Below are positions 25,190 through 35,029 of a stretch of 64,000 nt of DNA, piece by piece. The DNA lies in assembly GCA_965262145.1 (NCBI GenBank), contig OZ253501.1:2148946-2212945 (forward strand), written 5' to 3'. The position numbers and the translations under genes were made by a program. A model generated the notes under the pieces. It saw only the letters and a list, made by a program, of their open reading frames with translations, ran no database searches and was not told where the DNA came from. Each line of letters opens with the position of its first letter. The stretch's first letter is position 1. The DNA comes from Candidatus Latescibacterota bacterium (GTDB lineage: Bacteria > Latescibacterota > UBA2968).

Positions 25190-28100
25190 ATGGCTCGGTG
25201 GTGTGTTTCCGCGCGAAGTACAATACTGATCAATCTGTTCGTCCTTATTTTGGGTGTTTCAACTTCTGCTTTTGGCCAGGAGTATTTTGGCAAAAACAAG
25301 GTCAATTACAGCCAATATACATGGCATTATATCGATAGTGAACACTTCACGATTTATTTTGATAAAGGTTCGCTGGGCCTGGCCGAGTTTGTTGCCAAAG
25401 AAGCCGAAAGGTCTTTGGTACACATTGAGAAAACCCTGAAATATACGCTGAAGGATCGCTATCCTATTGTTATTTACAATTCTCACAATGGGTTTTCGGT
25501 GTCCAATATTTCCAGCATGGAACAGTCTGAGTTTACGGGTGGGTTTACCGAGTTTGCACAGGGGCGCGTGGTGATTCCATTTACGGGATCTTATGGCGAT
25601 TTGCAACATGTTATTCACCATGAACTGGTTCACGCGGTTACGATTGAGTTGTGGACAGGTGGTGGCTGGTTGGGGTCTCTGGTTTCGCAAACATCGATAT
25701 TGCCTCCCTTGTGGATTGCCGAGGGTATCGCCGAGTACGTGTCTCGATATGGCTGGCACAAAGAGCACGACAATTTTATGCGCGATGCAACCATTACCGG
25801 ATATGTACCGACTATCGAAATGATGTCCCTGAGTTATTTTGCCTATCCCGGTGGCAATTCGGTTTTTTATATGATCGAACAGGAATACGGTAAGGATAAG
25901 GTGGCGTCCTTTATTTCTTCTTTCCGCACAGCCAAAAATCCCGATAAAGCACTCAAAGCATCTCTGGGATTTGGGATGAAGGAATTGGAAGAAAAATATC
26001 AATTGTGGCTCAAGCGGCAATACTGGAATGAGATCAATTTGCGCCATACACCCAAAGAGATGGCAACAAATTTGACGGAAAGCGAAGATAGGCGCTCGTT
26101 TTATAATCTGGCTGCTGCGTTATCCCCACAAGGCGACAAGGTTGCGTATTTGACCGACCGAAATGGGACTTTTGACATTTATTTGATGTCGGCGATTGAC
26201 GGCAAAGACCTGGGGCGTTTGGTCGAGGGACAAAAGTCGTCTGATTTTGAGTCGATGTTTGTTTTGCGGCCCGGATTTACCTGGTCGCCGGATGGCCGGC
26301 ATATTGCATTCGCCGCCAAATCAAATAATAAGAATACCCTGTATATCCTCGATGTTAAAAAGAAGCAGATTCGCAAGCGATTTAAGTTTGACCTTGACGG
26401 GCTGTTCGAACCCACCTGGTCGCCCGATGGAGAAAAAATTGCCATCGCGGGTATTGAAGATGGCTGGTCCGATATCTATGTGGTCGATTTGAACGACGAG
26501 TCGCTTACGCGGCTTACAAATGATCCCTATGACGAGCGGCATCTAGATTGGTCGCCCGATGGCACGTGGATCGCCGTGAGTTCTGATCGTCCCGATACCC
26601 ATTTGAAGTTTAGCGGCGAGAAGGATTTTGTGTTTGGGCAGTACGATATTTTTCTTGTGCGTGCAGATGGCTCTGAGATGCGCCGCATTGTTGCGTCTAA
26701 AGACGCCGAAGATTCGCATCCCGTGTGGGGTGCCGATAGCAAACACGTCGCCTTTGTTTCTGACCGCACGGGTGTGGGTAATATCTATGTTGCCAATATT
26801 GACAGTACACAGGCGATATATCCCATTACCAATTTGCTGTCGGGAGCGCAATATCTCGATTGGTCAGCTGATGGCAAAAAGATCGTGTTCAATGCGTTTC
26901 ACAAGGGTGCCCTGGATATATTTGTGATGCGCGACCCACTTACACAGCGAAAAGAAATGGCGGATTTGCCGCGTACCCGCTTTGTCAAGCGCCTTGCCGG
27001 TGAAGATGAAAAGATGTTTGTCGAGTTGCAAAAAGAAAAATATGCGAGTCGCAATATTGCCAAAGTAGAAGCCGACAGTACCGTGGTCGATTCTACGGTA
27101 GAAAAAACAGAAAAGAAAGTGGCACAGTGGATTTCCGATCAGGAAGCACTTGCAGCGACAGAAAGTGCGCCTGCTGATAGTACGGTTGAAATCGATACCA
27201 CGCATCCCGTCGCTGGCAGTCCAGAAATGGCAGATACCGGCAAACAAGGGGTGAAAAACTGGGGTGAAAAGGAATTTTTGGTTAAAAAGTACAAGCTGAA
27301 ATTCAAACCCGAACTGTTTGGTGCTCAGGCGGGGTTTGATACATTCTACGGTGTGAGTAGTTCTATTGTATTGTCGATGAGTGATGTGATGGGTGATCAC
27401 CGCGCCACGTTGGTGACGAGTTTGAATTTTTCGCTCAAAGACAGTGATTTTCTGCTCGGTTATGCCTATTTGAGGAATCGCACAAATTACGGGGCACAGC
27501 TTTTTCACACGCGGTTCTTCTTCTTTGATAATACAGGTCGTCTGACTGCAGATCGATATTACGGGCTTGCCGGGGGTCTTGAGCGACCGTTTAATCGGTT
27601 CGCCCGTTTGGAACTCAGTACGCGTTTTGTATCTGTTGATCGCGAAGAGTTGGTTACCAATAGCAACACTCCTAATGATTATTTGTACCAGCCGGGCTTT
27701 CGCGGCGTTGGGCGGTTTACAGGCGTATTGATCAACCGCCGTCGGGCGGCTATTGGCGAAGTGGCTTTGGTGGGCGATAGCGCGCTGTACAGTTTGTTTG
27801 GCGCGGTAGATGGGCATCGCTATAGGTTGAATTTTGAAGGCTCTGGAGCGGGCATGAAGTTTGCCACATTTACGCTGGATTATCGCAAATATATGCGGTT
27901 GTTAAACGAATATACCTTTGCCATCCGCATGTCGGGCGGGACGAGTTACGGCCCCAACAGCACTGTGTTTTTTCTGGGCGGCGTGAACAATCCAGTCAAT
28001 CCGACATTTTCAACCATTGCCAGTGTTGATCAGAGTCGCGTATTTTTCTCTTCTTACGTCTGGCCCTTGCGCGGCGCGAGGTTGCTCGAAATGGCGGGTG

Positions 28101-28474
28101 ATTCTTATGTACTGGCCAATGTCGCATTTCGATTCCCGCTCATCCGGCAATTGGCTATGGGCTGGCCCCTGCCGTTTTTCTTCCAGAATGTACAGGGCGA
28201 ATTGTTCTTCGACATTGGAGGTGCCTTTGACCGCGCTCAGTGGAGAGATGGGTGGGTCTCCCGAGATGGGGGGTTTGAGCTCAATACGCCGCAAAACTTT
28301 AATACGGCGGAAATCAGGAAAACAAAACCGCAGATAGCCGCCGGGTATGGGTTTGGCGTGCGGGTAAATTTGGGCTATTTCCTATTTCGATACGACCTGG
28401 CATGGCCCACGGATCTCGCGCAAACATATCATCCACACCAGTATTTCTCAATTGATTTCACGGGCTTGTTCTAA
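25190..28474 (+). CDS. large outer-membrane protein (1094 aa): N-terminal HExxH zincin-like region, TolB-like beta-propeller repeats, C-terminal Omp85-like beta-barrel
   Basis: Signal peptide, then HHELVHA...EGIAEY, then repeated WSPDG...IAF... blades typical of TolB/WD40-like propellers. The C-terminus ends ...YFSIDFTGLF*, an aromatic terminus. Confidence 0.65.
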   Translation: MARWCVSARSTILINLFVLILGVSTSAFGQEYFGKNKVNYSQYTWHYIDSEHFTIYFDKGSLGLAEFVAKEAERSLVHIEKTLKYTLKDRYPIVIYNSHNGFSVSNISSMEQSEFTGGFTEFAQGRVVIPFTGSYGDLQHVIHHELVHAVTIELWTGGGWLGSLVSQTSILPPLWIAEGIAEYVSRYGWHKEHDNFMRDATITGYVPTIEMMSLSYFAYPGGNSVFYMIEQEYGKDKVASFISSFRTAKNPDKALKASLGFGMKELEEKYQLWLKRQYWNEINLRHTPKEMATNLTESEDRRSFYNLAAALSPQGDKVAYLTDRNGTFDIYLMSAIDGKDLGRLVEGQKSSDFESMFVLRPGFTWSPDGRHIAFAAKSNNKNTLYILDVKKKQIRKRFKFDLDGLFEPTWSPDGEKIAIAGIEDGWSDIYVVDLNDESLTRLTNDPYDERHLDWSPDGTWIAVSSDRPDTHLKFSGEKDFVFGQYDIFLVRADGSEMRRIVASKDAEDSHPVWGADSKHVAFVSDRTGVGNIYVANIDSTQAIYPITNLLSGAQYLDWSADGKKIVFNAFHKGALDIFVMRDPLTQRKEMADLPRTRFVKRLAGEDEKMFVELQKEKYASRNIAKVEADSTVVDSTVEKTEKKVAQWISDQEALAATESAPADSTVEIDTTHPVAGSPEMADTGKQGVKNWGEKEFLVKKYKLKFKPELFGAQAGFDTFYGVSSSIVLSMSDVMGDHRATLVTSLNFSLKDSDFLLGYAYLRNRTNYGAQLFHTRFFFFDNTGRLTADRYYGLAGGLERPFNRFARLELSTRFVSVDREELVTNSNTPNDYLYQPGFRGVGRFTGVLINRRRAAIGEVALVGDSALYSLFGAVDGHRYRLNFEGSGAGMKFATFTLDYRKYMRLLNEYTFAIRMSGGTSYGPNSTVFFLGGVNNPVNPTFSTIASVDQSRVFFSSYVWPLRGARLLEMAGDSYVLANVAFRFPLIRQLAMGWPLPFFFQNVQGELFFDIGGAFDRAQWRDGWVSRDGGFELNTPQNFNTAEIRKTKPQIAAGYGFGVRVNLGYFLFRYDLAWPTDLAQTYHPHQYFSIDFTGLF

Positions 28475-28500
28475 CCTGCAAAATCAACCGCTGAATTTTG

Positions 28501-28532
28501 GGAGAGGCGTGCTGTGCGTCTCTCCTTTTTTG
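28501..28532 (+). terminator. Rho-independent terminator after the large OMP gene
   Basis: ggagaggcgtgctgtgcgtctctcc followed by TTTTTTG. Confidence 0.6.
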
Positions 28533-28608
28533 TGAGGTTGATGGATGGCGATTTTTTGTGTATTATTGAAGTGAGCAAAACGCGAGTTAAACCACGCGTT
28601 CCCTGTGA

Positions 28609-28950
28609 GTGAGATTTTTTGATGAGGACTTTGTTATGGCAGCAAAAGAATATTACATGGTGGGGTTGAGTAAGTTAGGAACTGGAGACCTGGAAGGCGC
28701 AATTGTCGAATTTGAGAAGGCTGTTACAGACGATGCTTCGTTTTACATGGCACATCTGGGATGGGCGCAGGCATTGGATCGGCAAGGGAAGATTGACGAG
28801 GCGATTGAACAGGTCAATCGCACTTTGGAAATTGTTCCCGATGAGGCACTGGCACATACGAGTCTGTCGCGATTGTATCAGCAGAAAGGCATGATTGAAG
28901 AGGCTGAAGAGGAAATGGCTATTTCTCACAGACTTTCTCAAAATATTTAA
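28609..28950 (+). CDS. small TPR-repeat protein
   Basis: TPR-like helices (AHLGWAQALDRQGKIDEAIEQ...); the real start is probably the Met at 28636. Confidence 0.5.
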   Translation: MRFFDEDFVMAAKEYYMVGLSKLGTGDLEGAIVEFEKAVTDDASFYMAHLGWAQALDRQGKIDEAIEQVNRTLEIVPDEALAHTSLSRLYQQKGMIEEAEEEMAISHRLSQNI

Positions 28951-28953
28951 AAA

Positions 28954-30990
28954 ATGACGCGTGTACTGGAAATGAGGACGTCCTGTTTGGGCGTCCTTTC
29001 TGTTTTTATATTGTTGGCGTGTGTGACAGCAAATGCAAATTCAGTTGATTCTCTGCTTGTGCGCGCGCAAAGCGATACTTCGAAGCCGCTTGACTACCGC
29101 ATTGGTTTGCTCAGAAAAGCACTCAGTATGGATGGCGACCGTGCAGATGTCTGTGCGGCATTGGGCGCGTTGTTTATGCAAAAGAACACGCCTGCGAGCA
29201 GGTTGCGTGCAGATCGCTATATTTATCGCGCGATTGTATTGGATCCCGAGAATATAGATTACCATCTATCTTACGCGACCCTACAGCGCAAGAAGGGCTT
29301 TCGGTACAATGCCAGGAAATATTTTGAAAAGGTGCTCAGCATAGATTCAACACAGGTTGAAGCAGCCTGTGAAGTGGGCGATTATTATTTGCAGGATATG
29401 TTGAAATACGTTGATGCCCGGCGTTTTGACGGTGGTGGGAGTATGCGGTCTTTTGCGATGGAGAGCGTGCAAACTGCTGCGAATTACTACCACTACGCGC
29501 TTGCTTATGATCCCTATTGCAGGCGCGCGTATTACGGGTTGGGTCTGCTGAGTATAGAGGGTGGGTATAAAGAGGATTTAATTGTCATTGCACAGGCACT
29601 TTTAGACCGATGGCCGCAGGATCGAGACGGACTTTTGTTTTTGGGATTGGGATATTACGCGGTCGAAAAGTTTGAGGCGGCGGGCAAAGCATTTGATCGC
29701 GCGTACGCACAGACGGATTCGATTGGGCAGGCTGCAATGACTTCAATAGAATTGTTGGGTGGCAGGGATGAGGCGCACGCGCTTTTTTGGCGAAAGCGCG
29801 ATCCTTTGTTTCTCACACCTGTGAACGAAAGAAAGCTGGCACATCGCGGGCGGGTTGCTTATGCAAATTTGAGATTTGGTCTGCCCGATGAGAGGATTGC
29901 GGGTTGGGAAACGGATATGGGCAAGGTGTGGATTCGCTATGGCCGCTATGTCAATCGCGTGAGAACGCTTATTCCGCACCGGGAGATCTGGATATACGAA
30001 GATTTTACAATAGATTTTTTTTCCTACGATTCCGTGCACTGGAAATTGGAGTCGATGAAGGATGAGCGATGGGCACTCGTTCCGGGCGGATGGGGCCGAA
30101 GTCAGATTCTGTCTTCTGATTTTTATTTGCCCGAACGCTATGTCGATCCATACGGAGATCAGAAATACAGATTGCCTGTGCAGGTAGGATTTTTTAAGGC
30201 GAGAGAAGGACAGGTCAAGGTGGCGCTATCGTGGGGCTTGCCCAAGCGTCAGCTACAGTATCTCAAGCTCTATGAGACCTATCAGGTCGATTTAGATGCC
30301 GGTATTTTTGTCCACAGACGCAATGGGCAAGAGGTAACGAATGTCAGGTGGGAACCAGAGGCATTTCGGGATGTTTGGACTGATTCATTAAAGAAACGCT
30401 ATTTGTTGGGCAAACGCGATCTGGTTTTGGCACCGGATCAAATTGCTTCGCAGTCGGACGCCGATTCACTTGCGCTGTCTTTAGAAATCAGAGATATGGG
30501 AAAGAAAACAGTGGGCGTGTTCCGCGATACCATTTTTTTACAGGCATTTCCCGATGATGTAATTTCTATGAGTTCTGTATTGTTGGCTTCACATGTGGGG
30601 GATGGCAAAGAGGGAATTGAGGTGATACCCAATCCATTGAGAACTTTTGATGCGGACGAGTTGTTGTATATCTATTTTGAGATCTACAATCTGGTACGCG
30701 ATGAGTTTGGTCAGACCGACTTTTCTGTGACGTACAGAATAGGACCGCCAGATTTGCGGCGTTTTTCTGATAAACGAGACCGAAAGGCGGTTGCGCAATT
30801 GGGTATAAGTGATGACAGGTGGCGTATTTCTGTTAGTACGGATTATCGAGGTGAGGATATGCTGGAGCCGATTTATTTGTCCGTTGACTTAAGTGAGCTG
30901 GGGCCTGGCGTGCATCTGCTATCCGTAGTTGTCACTGACCGCAAAACCGGGTTACAAACCTGGCGAGAAACCCTGTTTCGCATTTTGTGA
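28954..30990 (+). CDS. GWxTD-domain protein with N-terminal TPR region (secreted)
   Basis: Signal peptide, TPR-like N-terminal region, then ...RKRDPLFLTPVNE...RIAGWETDMGKVWIRYG containing the GWxTD signature. Confidence 0.65.
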   Translation: MTRVLEMRTSCLGVLSVFILLACVTANANSVDSLLVRAQSDTSKPLDYRIGLLRKALSMDGDRADVCAALGALFMQKNTPASRLRADRYIYRAIVLDPENIDYHLSYATLQRKKGFRYNARKYFEKVLSIDSTQVEAACEVGDYYLQDMLKYVDARRFDGGGSMRSFAMESVQTAANYYHYALAYDPYCRRAYYGLGLLSIEGGYKEDLIVIAQALLDRWPQDRDGLLFLGLGYYAVEKFEAAGKAFDRAYAQTDSIGQAAMTSIELLGGRDEAHALFWRKRDPLFLTPVNERKLAHRGRVAYANLRFGLPDERIAGWETDMGKVWIRYGRYVNRVRTLIPHREIWIYEDFTIDFFSYDSVHWKLESMKDERWALVPGGWGRSQILSSDFYLPERYVDPYGDQKYRLPVQVGFFKAREGQVKVALSWGLPKRQLQYLKLYETYQVDLDAGIFVHRRNGQEVTNVRWEPEAFRDVWTDSLKKRYLLGKRDLVLAPDQIASQSDADSLALSLEIRDMGKKTVGVFRDTIFLQAFPDDVISMSSVLLASHVGDGKEGIEVIPNPLRTFDADELLYIYFEIYNLVRDEFGQTDFSVTYRIGPPDLRRFSDKRDRKAVAQLGISDDRWRISVSTDYRGEDMLEPIYLSVDLSELGPGVHLLSVVVTDRKTGLQTWRETLFRIL

Positions 30991-31004
30991 CGCCATCAGG
31001 GAAC

Positions 31005-31997
31005 CTATTTTTTCGCTTTTTTGTGCCAGAGGAGGCTAATAAGTGGAGGGCCGCCAAATAAAAGAAAGCCAAAGATTCCGACTGCGTGTACAGACGTGGC
31101 AAATGCCAATGCGATTTCTGTTGGCACATGATAGAAATGGTGGAGGGTTTGAGAGCAAAAGAAATGATAGGTGCCTATGCCGCCCGGGGCGGGAAGGACA
31201 AATCCGATCGTGGCGATAGTCATAACAACCATAGCTTCAAATAAGCCGAGGTTGTAATTATGTGATAGACCAAAACTGTAGAAGGGCAAGTACATGGCGA
31301 ACAAATAAAGACTATTGAGAACCAGGGTCGATACCAAAATCCCCGCGTAGCCCTCCACAGTGTGAATGGCTCTCATGCCCTGTAAAAAAGAACGCAAAAT
31401 ATGGGTTGCACCATCGGCCAGCCTGGGAGAGAGGCGCGCCAGCAGACGGTGAACAATGGACAATCCGCGTTCTCCGCGGGCAGAGAGCAATCCCAAAAAT
31501 ACGAAAGCAAACAGAATGACGGGCAATGTCAGCAAGGCGACTTGTTCAAGTCCGGGAAATGCCTCGCCGATCTGCTCTCTGGCAAAAAATAAAACCACGC
31601 CAAAAATGACCAACAAAGTGAGTACATCGAGCAAGCGTTCTACAATCACTGTCGCCAGGATTGCACTGATGCCGGTGGGGTGATCTCTTTCGAGTGCGAG
31701 GGCACGTGCAACTTCGCCAGCGCGTGGAAATACAATATTACCCGCATAGGCGATCATTACAGCCCAAAATGCCGAGCGAATGGAAATATTTGGGGCAATA
31801 GGCAATAGCAAAATGCGCCAGCGCCAGGCTCGGGGTAAGCCAGAAACGATTAGGGTGATGGCCGATAAGAGCAACCACAAGGGGTTGGCTGTTTGCAGGG
31901 TCTCTTTGAGGAGCATCCCATCGACATTTCTAAACGCTGCCCAGAGAAAGCCCCCCATTAGCACGAGACTGGCTGCGAGTTTGAGAAAGGTTTTCAT
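31005..31997 (-). CDS. polytopic membrane protein, lysylphosphatidylglycerol-synthase-TM-like / flippase-like family
   Basis: Eight predicted TM segments. The N-terminal pattern LPRAWRWRILL...IRSAFWAVMIAYAGNIVFPRAGEVAR is typical of that family. Confidence 0.55.
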   Translation of the reverse strand: MKTFLKLAASLVLMGGFLWAAFRNVDGMLLKETLQTANPLWLLLSAITLIVSGLPRAWRWRILLLPIAPNISIRSAFWAVMIAYAGNIVFPRAGEVARALALERDHPTGISAILATVIVERLLDVLTLLVIFGVVLFFAREQIGEAFPGLEQVALLTLPVILFAFVFLGLLSARGERGLSIVHRLLARLSPRLADGATHILRSFLQGMRAIHTVEGYAGILVSTLVLNSLYLFAMYLPFYSFGLSHNYNLGLFEAMVVMTIATIGFVLPAPGGIGTYHFFCSQTLHHFYHVPTEIALAFATSVHAVGIFGFLLFGGPPLISLLWHKKAKK

Positions 31998-32884
31998 GAC
32001 AGGCCATATCCCAAGCTGCGAAGAGAGATGTCTTTTTTTCGCCAGTTCTCATAGACTTTAACGTGCAAGTCGAGGTAAATTGGGCGTTCCAAAAAGGCTT
32101 CGATTTTTTTACGTGCCTGATATCCAATGGTTTTGAGGGTTTTGCCCCCCCGTCCGATAACAATGCCTTTTTGAGAATTGCGTTCGACAATGATGTTGGC
32201 CTGAATATAGACTTTGGGGCGGTTTTCTTCAAAAGCCTCAATGTCGATTGCCGTTGCATAAGGCAATTCTTGACGGAGTTGGTGGAACACTTCCTCGCGA
32301 ATGAGTTCTGCAACAAAAAATCTTTCAGGCTGTTCGGTGAGCATATCCTCCGGGTAGTATTGCGGACCTTCTGGCAGTGCATGGCGCAAGGCTGTGTGAA
32401 GGTCTGGTATGCCCTGTCCGCTGATGGCCGCTACAGATAAGACGGCCCGCGTGGCGAGTGAAGCGCGAATCTGTTGTTCGCAGTGTTGGGCTTGCGTGCG
32501 CGAGATAAGGTCGGTCTTGTTTACAGCGATGATTTTGGGAATATCCCATTGTCCAAAGGTTTGTTGTACTTCGGCGTCATAAGAGGTGTCAAATTTTGAA
32601 CCATCGACAATGCCCAAAAGCACATCGGCACTTTGATAGGCTCGTCCAATTTGTCGGTTCATAAATTCGTGAAGGCGATAGCGCGCAGACAAGATACCGG
32701 GGGTGTCGATGAATATCATTTGAGACTGTTTATCTGTCACAATTCCCAGAATATTATTGCGGGTTGTTTGGGGTTTGGGCGAAATAATGGATAGACGCGC
32801 GCCCACAAGCGCATTAAAAAGTGTGGATTTGCCGACATTGGTGCGTCCCACAATTATGACATATCCAGATTTGAAAGCCATCAC
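31994..32884 (-). CDS. era: GTPase Era
   Basis: GRTNVGKSTLFN, DTPG and NKTD motifs plus a C-terminal KH domain. Overlaps the downstream membrane gene by 4 nt. Confidence 0.9.
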   Translation of the reverse strand: MMAFKSGYVIIVGRTNVGKSTLFNALVGARLSIISPKPQTTRNNILGIVTDKQSQMIFIDTPGILSARYRLHEFMNRQIGRAYQSADVLLGIVDGSKFDTSYDAEVQQTFGQWDIPKIIAVNKTDLISRTQAQHCEQQIRASLATRAVLSVAAISGQGIPDLHTALRHALPEGPQYYPEDMLTEQPERFFVAELIREEVFHQLRQELPYATAIDIEAFEENRPKVYIQANIIVERNSQKGIVIGRGGKTLKTIGYQARKKIEAFLERPIYLDLHVKVYENWRKKDISLRSLGYGLS

Positions 32885-32891
32885 TGTCCAA

Positions 32892-33851
32892 TCAAAAAAA
32901 TAAAGTGGCTGAAATGCGATACGTGCTGTCGAGTTGGTCGTGTTCCATAAAGGCGAGATCTACGCTAAACCGACGAAGTTGTAGGCCGGTGCCTGCTGTA
33001 AAGTGTCCGTCCTTGTATCCAAGGCGAAATGCAAGGCGGTGTTGAAGGCGGTATTCTATACCTAGTTGTATGCTGCGCGCTTTTTCCAGTGTCGTTTTTT
33101 TATCGTTCAGGTGCGTGCTAAAACCAGCTGTCATATCTCCGCCGGGTATTCTGCGTTGGAGGGCAGCGCCAATGATAAGAGACGGCGATATGCGATCTGC
33201 GATGCCGTCGGGAAATACAATGCGCGTCTTTGTGAGATCGCGTATGGTCGCGCCAATGCAAAACTTTGATGTGGGTAGATAGAGCAGCCCGATGTCCAGG
33301 CCAAAGCCGCTTCCGATGCCCACGCTGAGATCGCGTCTGATCATTTTTAGACCTGCCCCAAGACGCCATTTATCTGTGATATACCGTCCATAAGCGATTC
33401 GAAAGACGTAATCAGCAGTGCCGATTTTATCGATTATTACGGGTCGATTGTCTGGGCCAATTGGACGGTCTGGATCTTCCAGGCCCGTCAGAGCAATCCC
33501 ATCAACGCCAGCGCGAACAATGCCCAGACCTATACCGCCTTTTCTTATGGGCAAGCGCAATGCAAAAATATCGTGGTTCACACTGCCGCCGAATTGCTCT
33601 GCATGTTGTACGTGAATCTCGCGTTTTGGCGGCAGTGAACTTCTAACGAAGCCCGGCCTGGCAAGTCCTGCGGGATTCCAATAGACCGCTGTTGCATCAA
33701 AACTGAGCGCGACATAAGCACTGCCCATGCCCAGGGCACGTGCACCCGCTCCCAATAAGAGTGGATCACCTGCATAATGGGATGTCTGTGCATGGGTTGC
33801 ACTTGTAAGCGCACACGCGCAACACAACGCCAGGGTAGCAAAGCGTTTCAA
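32892..33851 (-). CDS. outer-membrane beta-barrel protein (PorV/FadL-like family candidate)
   Basis: Signal peptide. GAGARALGMGSAYVALSFDATAVYWNPAGLA is an N-terminal motif seen in PorV/FadL-like barrels. Alternating amphipathic strands throughout. Confidence 0.45.
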   Translation of the reverse strand: MKRFATLALCCACALTSATHAQTSHYAGDPLLLGAGARALGMGSAYVALSFDATAVYWNPAGLARPGFVRSSLPPKREIHVQHAEQFGGSVNHDIFALRLPIRKGGIGLGIVRAGVDGIALTGLEDPDRPIGPDNRPVIIDKIGTADYVFRIAYGRYITDKWRLGAGLKMIRRDLSVGIGSGFGLDIGLLYLPTSKFCIGATIRDLTKTRIVFPDGIADRISPSLIIGAALQRRIPGGDMTAGFSTHLNDKKTTLEKARSIQLGIEYRLQHRLAFRLGYKDGHFTAGTGLQLRRFSVDLAFMEHDQLDSTYRISATLFF

Positions 33852-34444
33852 TGATTGGCCTCTGCATAGGGGATGAAGATAGCGACATTCCCGGAACGCA
33901 ATGCCGATCCCAAGGCTTTGATATCGACAGGAGATAACGTGATGTGCGGTGTAGCACCTGTTGAAATTCCGTCCGCTCGAATGACGAGGTCTGGCGTAAA
34001 ATAGAGGCGGGAATGATGGCGAGGCCCTTCTATCAAGCGTCCGAAAAAGTTGAGGGGTAAAAGCCGCCCGCGAAGTAGCAGGTCTGCATTGCCGGGTTCC
34101 TTAGAGATGGGATCAATTCTGCTCACAAAGTGGTAATTCTGGGTGTGGCGTTCTGCTCTGGACGACAAGTGGAGAATGGGGCATGTTCTCAAAATATTGC
34201 CATGAGTTTTGAGGTGAATTTGTTTTGATGGGATGTCGATGATAAGGTAGAAATCGTCCGGTGCTGTTTCGACTAGATCGAGTTCGCGAATTAGGGCTTC
34301 CCGGTAGTTTTGGAGAACGATTTTGTTCTGACCAAATACATGGGTTTCCACAAGAAGCAAACAAATTAGTAGATATAGACCCGGTCGCCAACTTGAAGTG
34401 AGCGATACACAAAGGCCAGGTCCTCGTCGTTGAGGCGAATACAT
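33848..34444 (-). CDS. hypothetical secreted protein; N-terminal region resembles the non-catalytic part of the adjacent L,D-transpeptidase (start uncertain)
   Basis: Overlaps the upstream gene by 78 nt in another frame, so the true start is probably internal. LIIDIPSKQIHLKTHGNIL echoes YIVIDTVHNRLQVWHNNQMI in the neighbouring gene. No HGT...SHGC catalytic motif. Confidence 0.35.
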   Translation of the reverse strand: MYSPQRRGPGLCVSLTSSWRPGLYLLICLLLVETHVFGQNKIVLQNYREALIRELDLVETAPDDFYLIIDIPSKQIHLKTHGNILRTCPILHLSSRAERHTQNYHFVSRIDPISKEPGNADLLLRGRLLPLNFFGRLIEGPRHHSRLYFTPDLVIRADGISTGATPHITLSPVDIKALGSALRSGNVAIFIPYAEANH

Positions 34445-34950
34445 CCGTGTGTGATATGCCGTCCGAGCAATGCGGGATAAAGGGTGCCGTGAATCTCGTA
34501 CCCATCGCCCAATTTAAGGGCATAGGCACCTAAGGTTGTCTGGTCGAGGCGTCGAAACTCCCAGGGCAATACGGTGGGTTTTTCCCCATTTTCGATAAAG
34601 GCCCACAGGGGTTTGGCCCAGATGGGGTCTGTCACTTTGTACAAAATAGTTCTGACACCCAGTGGCGTGTGAAATTGCCAGCGTGCCGAGGCACCCGGAT
34701 GGAGCAGCACTTTGCCGCTGCCTGTCGCACACGTCGCTTCTCGTATCATCTGGTTGTTATGCCACACTTGAAGCCGGTTGTGTACGGTGTCAATAACGAT
34801 GTAGGTTTCTGCTGTGTGGCGTTTCAATGCTTCCTTGAGTGATGCGATATCAGCCTTGAGCTGTCCGGTCTCTGTTTCCTGTGCAGGTAGTTGCAGGCAA
34901 AAACTGAAGAACAAATAGAGAGCGAGCAATATGGTGTGAAAGCTGTGCAT
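34366..34950 (-). CDS. L,D-transpeptidase (YkuD-type catalytic domain)
   Basis: Signal peptide; catalytic motif HGTLYPALLGRHITHGCIRL. Confidence 0.75.
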   Translation of the reverse strand: MHSFHTILLALYLFFSFCLQLPAQETETGQLKADIASLKEALKRHTAETYIVIDTVHNRLQVWHNNQMIREATCATGSGKVLLHPGASARWQFHTPLGVRTILYKVTDPIWAKPLWAFIENGEKPTVLPWEFRRLDQTTLGAYALKLGDGYEIHGTLYPALLGRHITHGCIRLNDEDLAFVYRSLQVGDRVYIY

Positions 34951-35029
34951 GTATGGCTCTAAAATTGCAAAACCGAGGTGCTTTTTATGCGCCTCGGTTT
35001 TGTCTTTTTAAGAAGATATTTGGATGTTG

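Noticed and set aside
24890-25190. 300-nt non-coding gap checked for an RNase P / structured ncRNA (contains aaagtccgctcgc)
   Set aside because: It lacks the conserved RNase P P4 elements (GGAAAGUCCGGGCUCC, ACAGAACCCGGCUUA). It is more plausibly the promoter/leader of the large OMP gene.
25259-27817. Two long minus-strand ORFs (25259-26047, 26864-27817) inside the large OMP gene
   Set aside because: Both are antisense to a 1094-aa ORF with clear signal peptide, propeller repeats and barrel; their products are Arg/His/Phe-rich without motifs.
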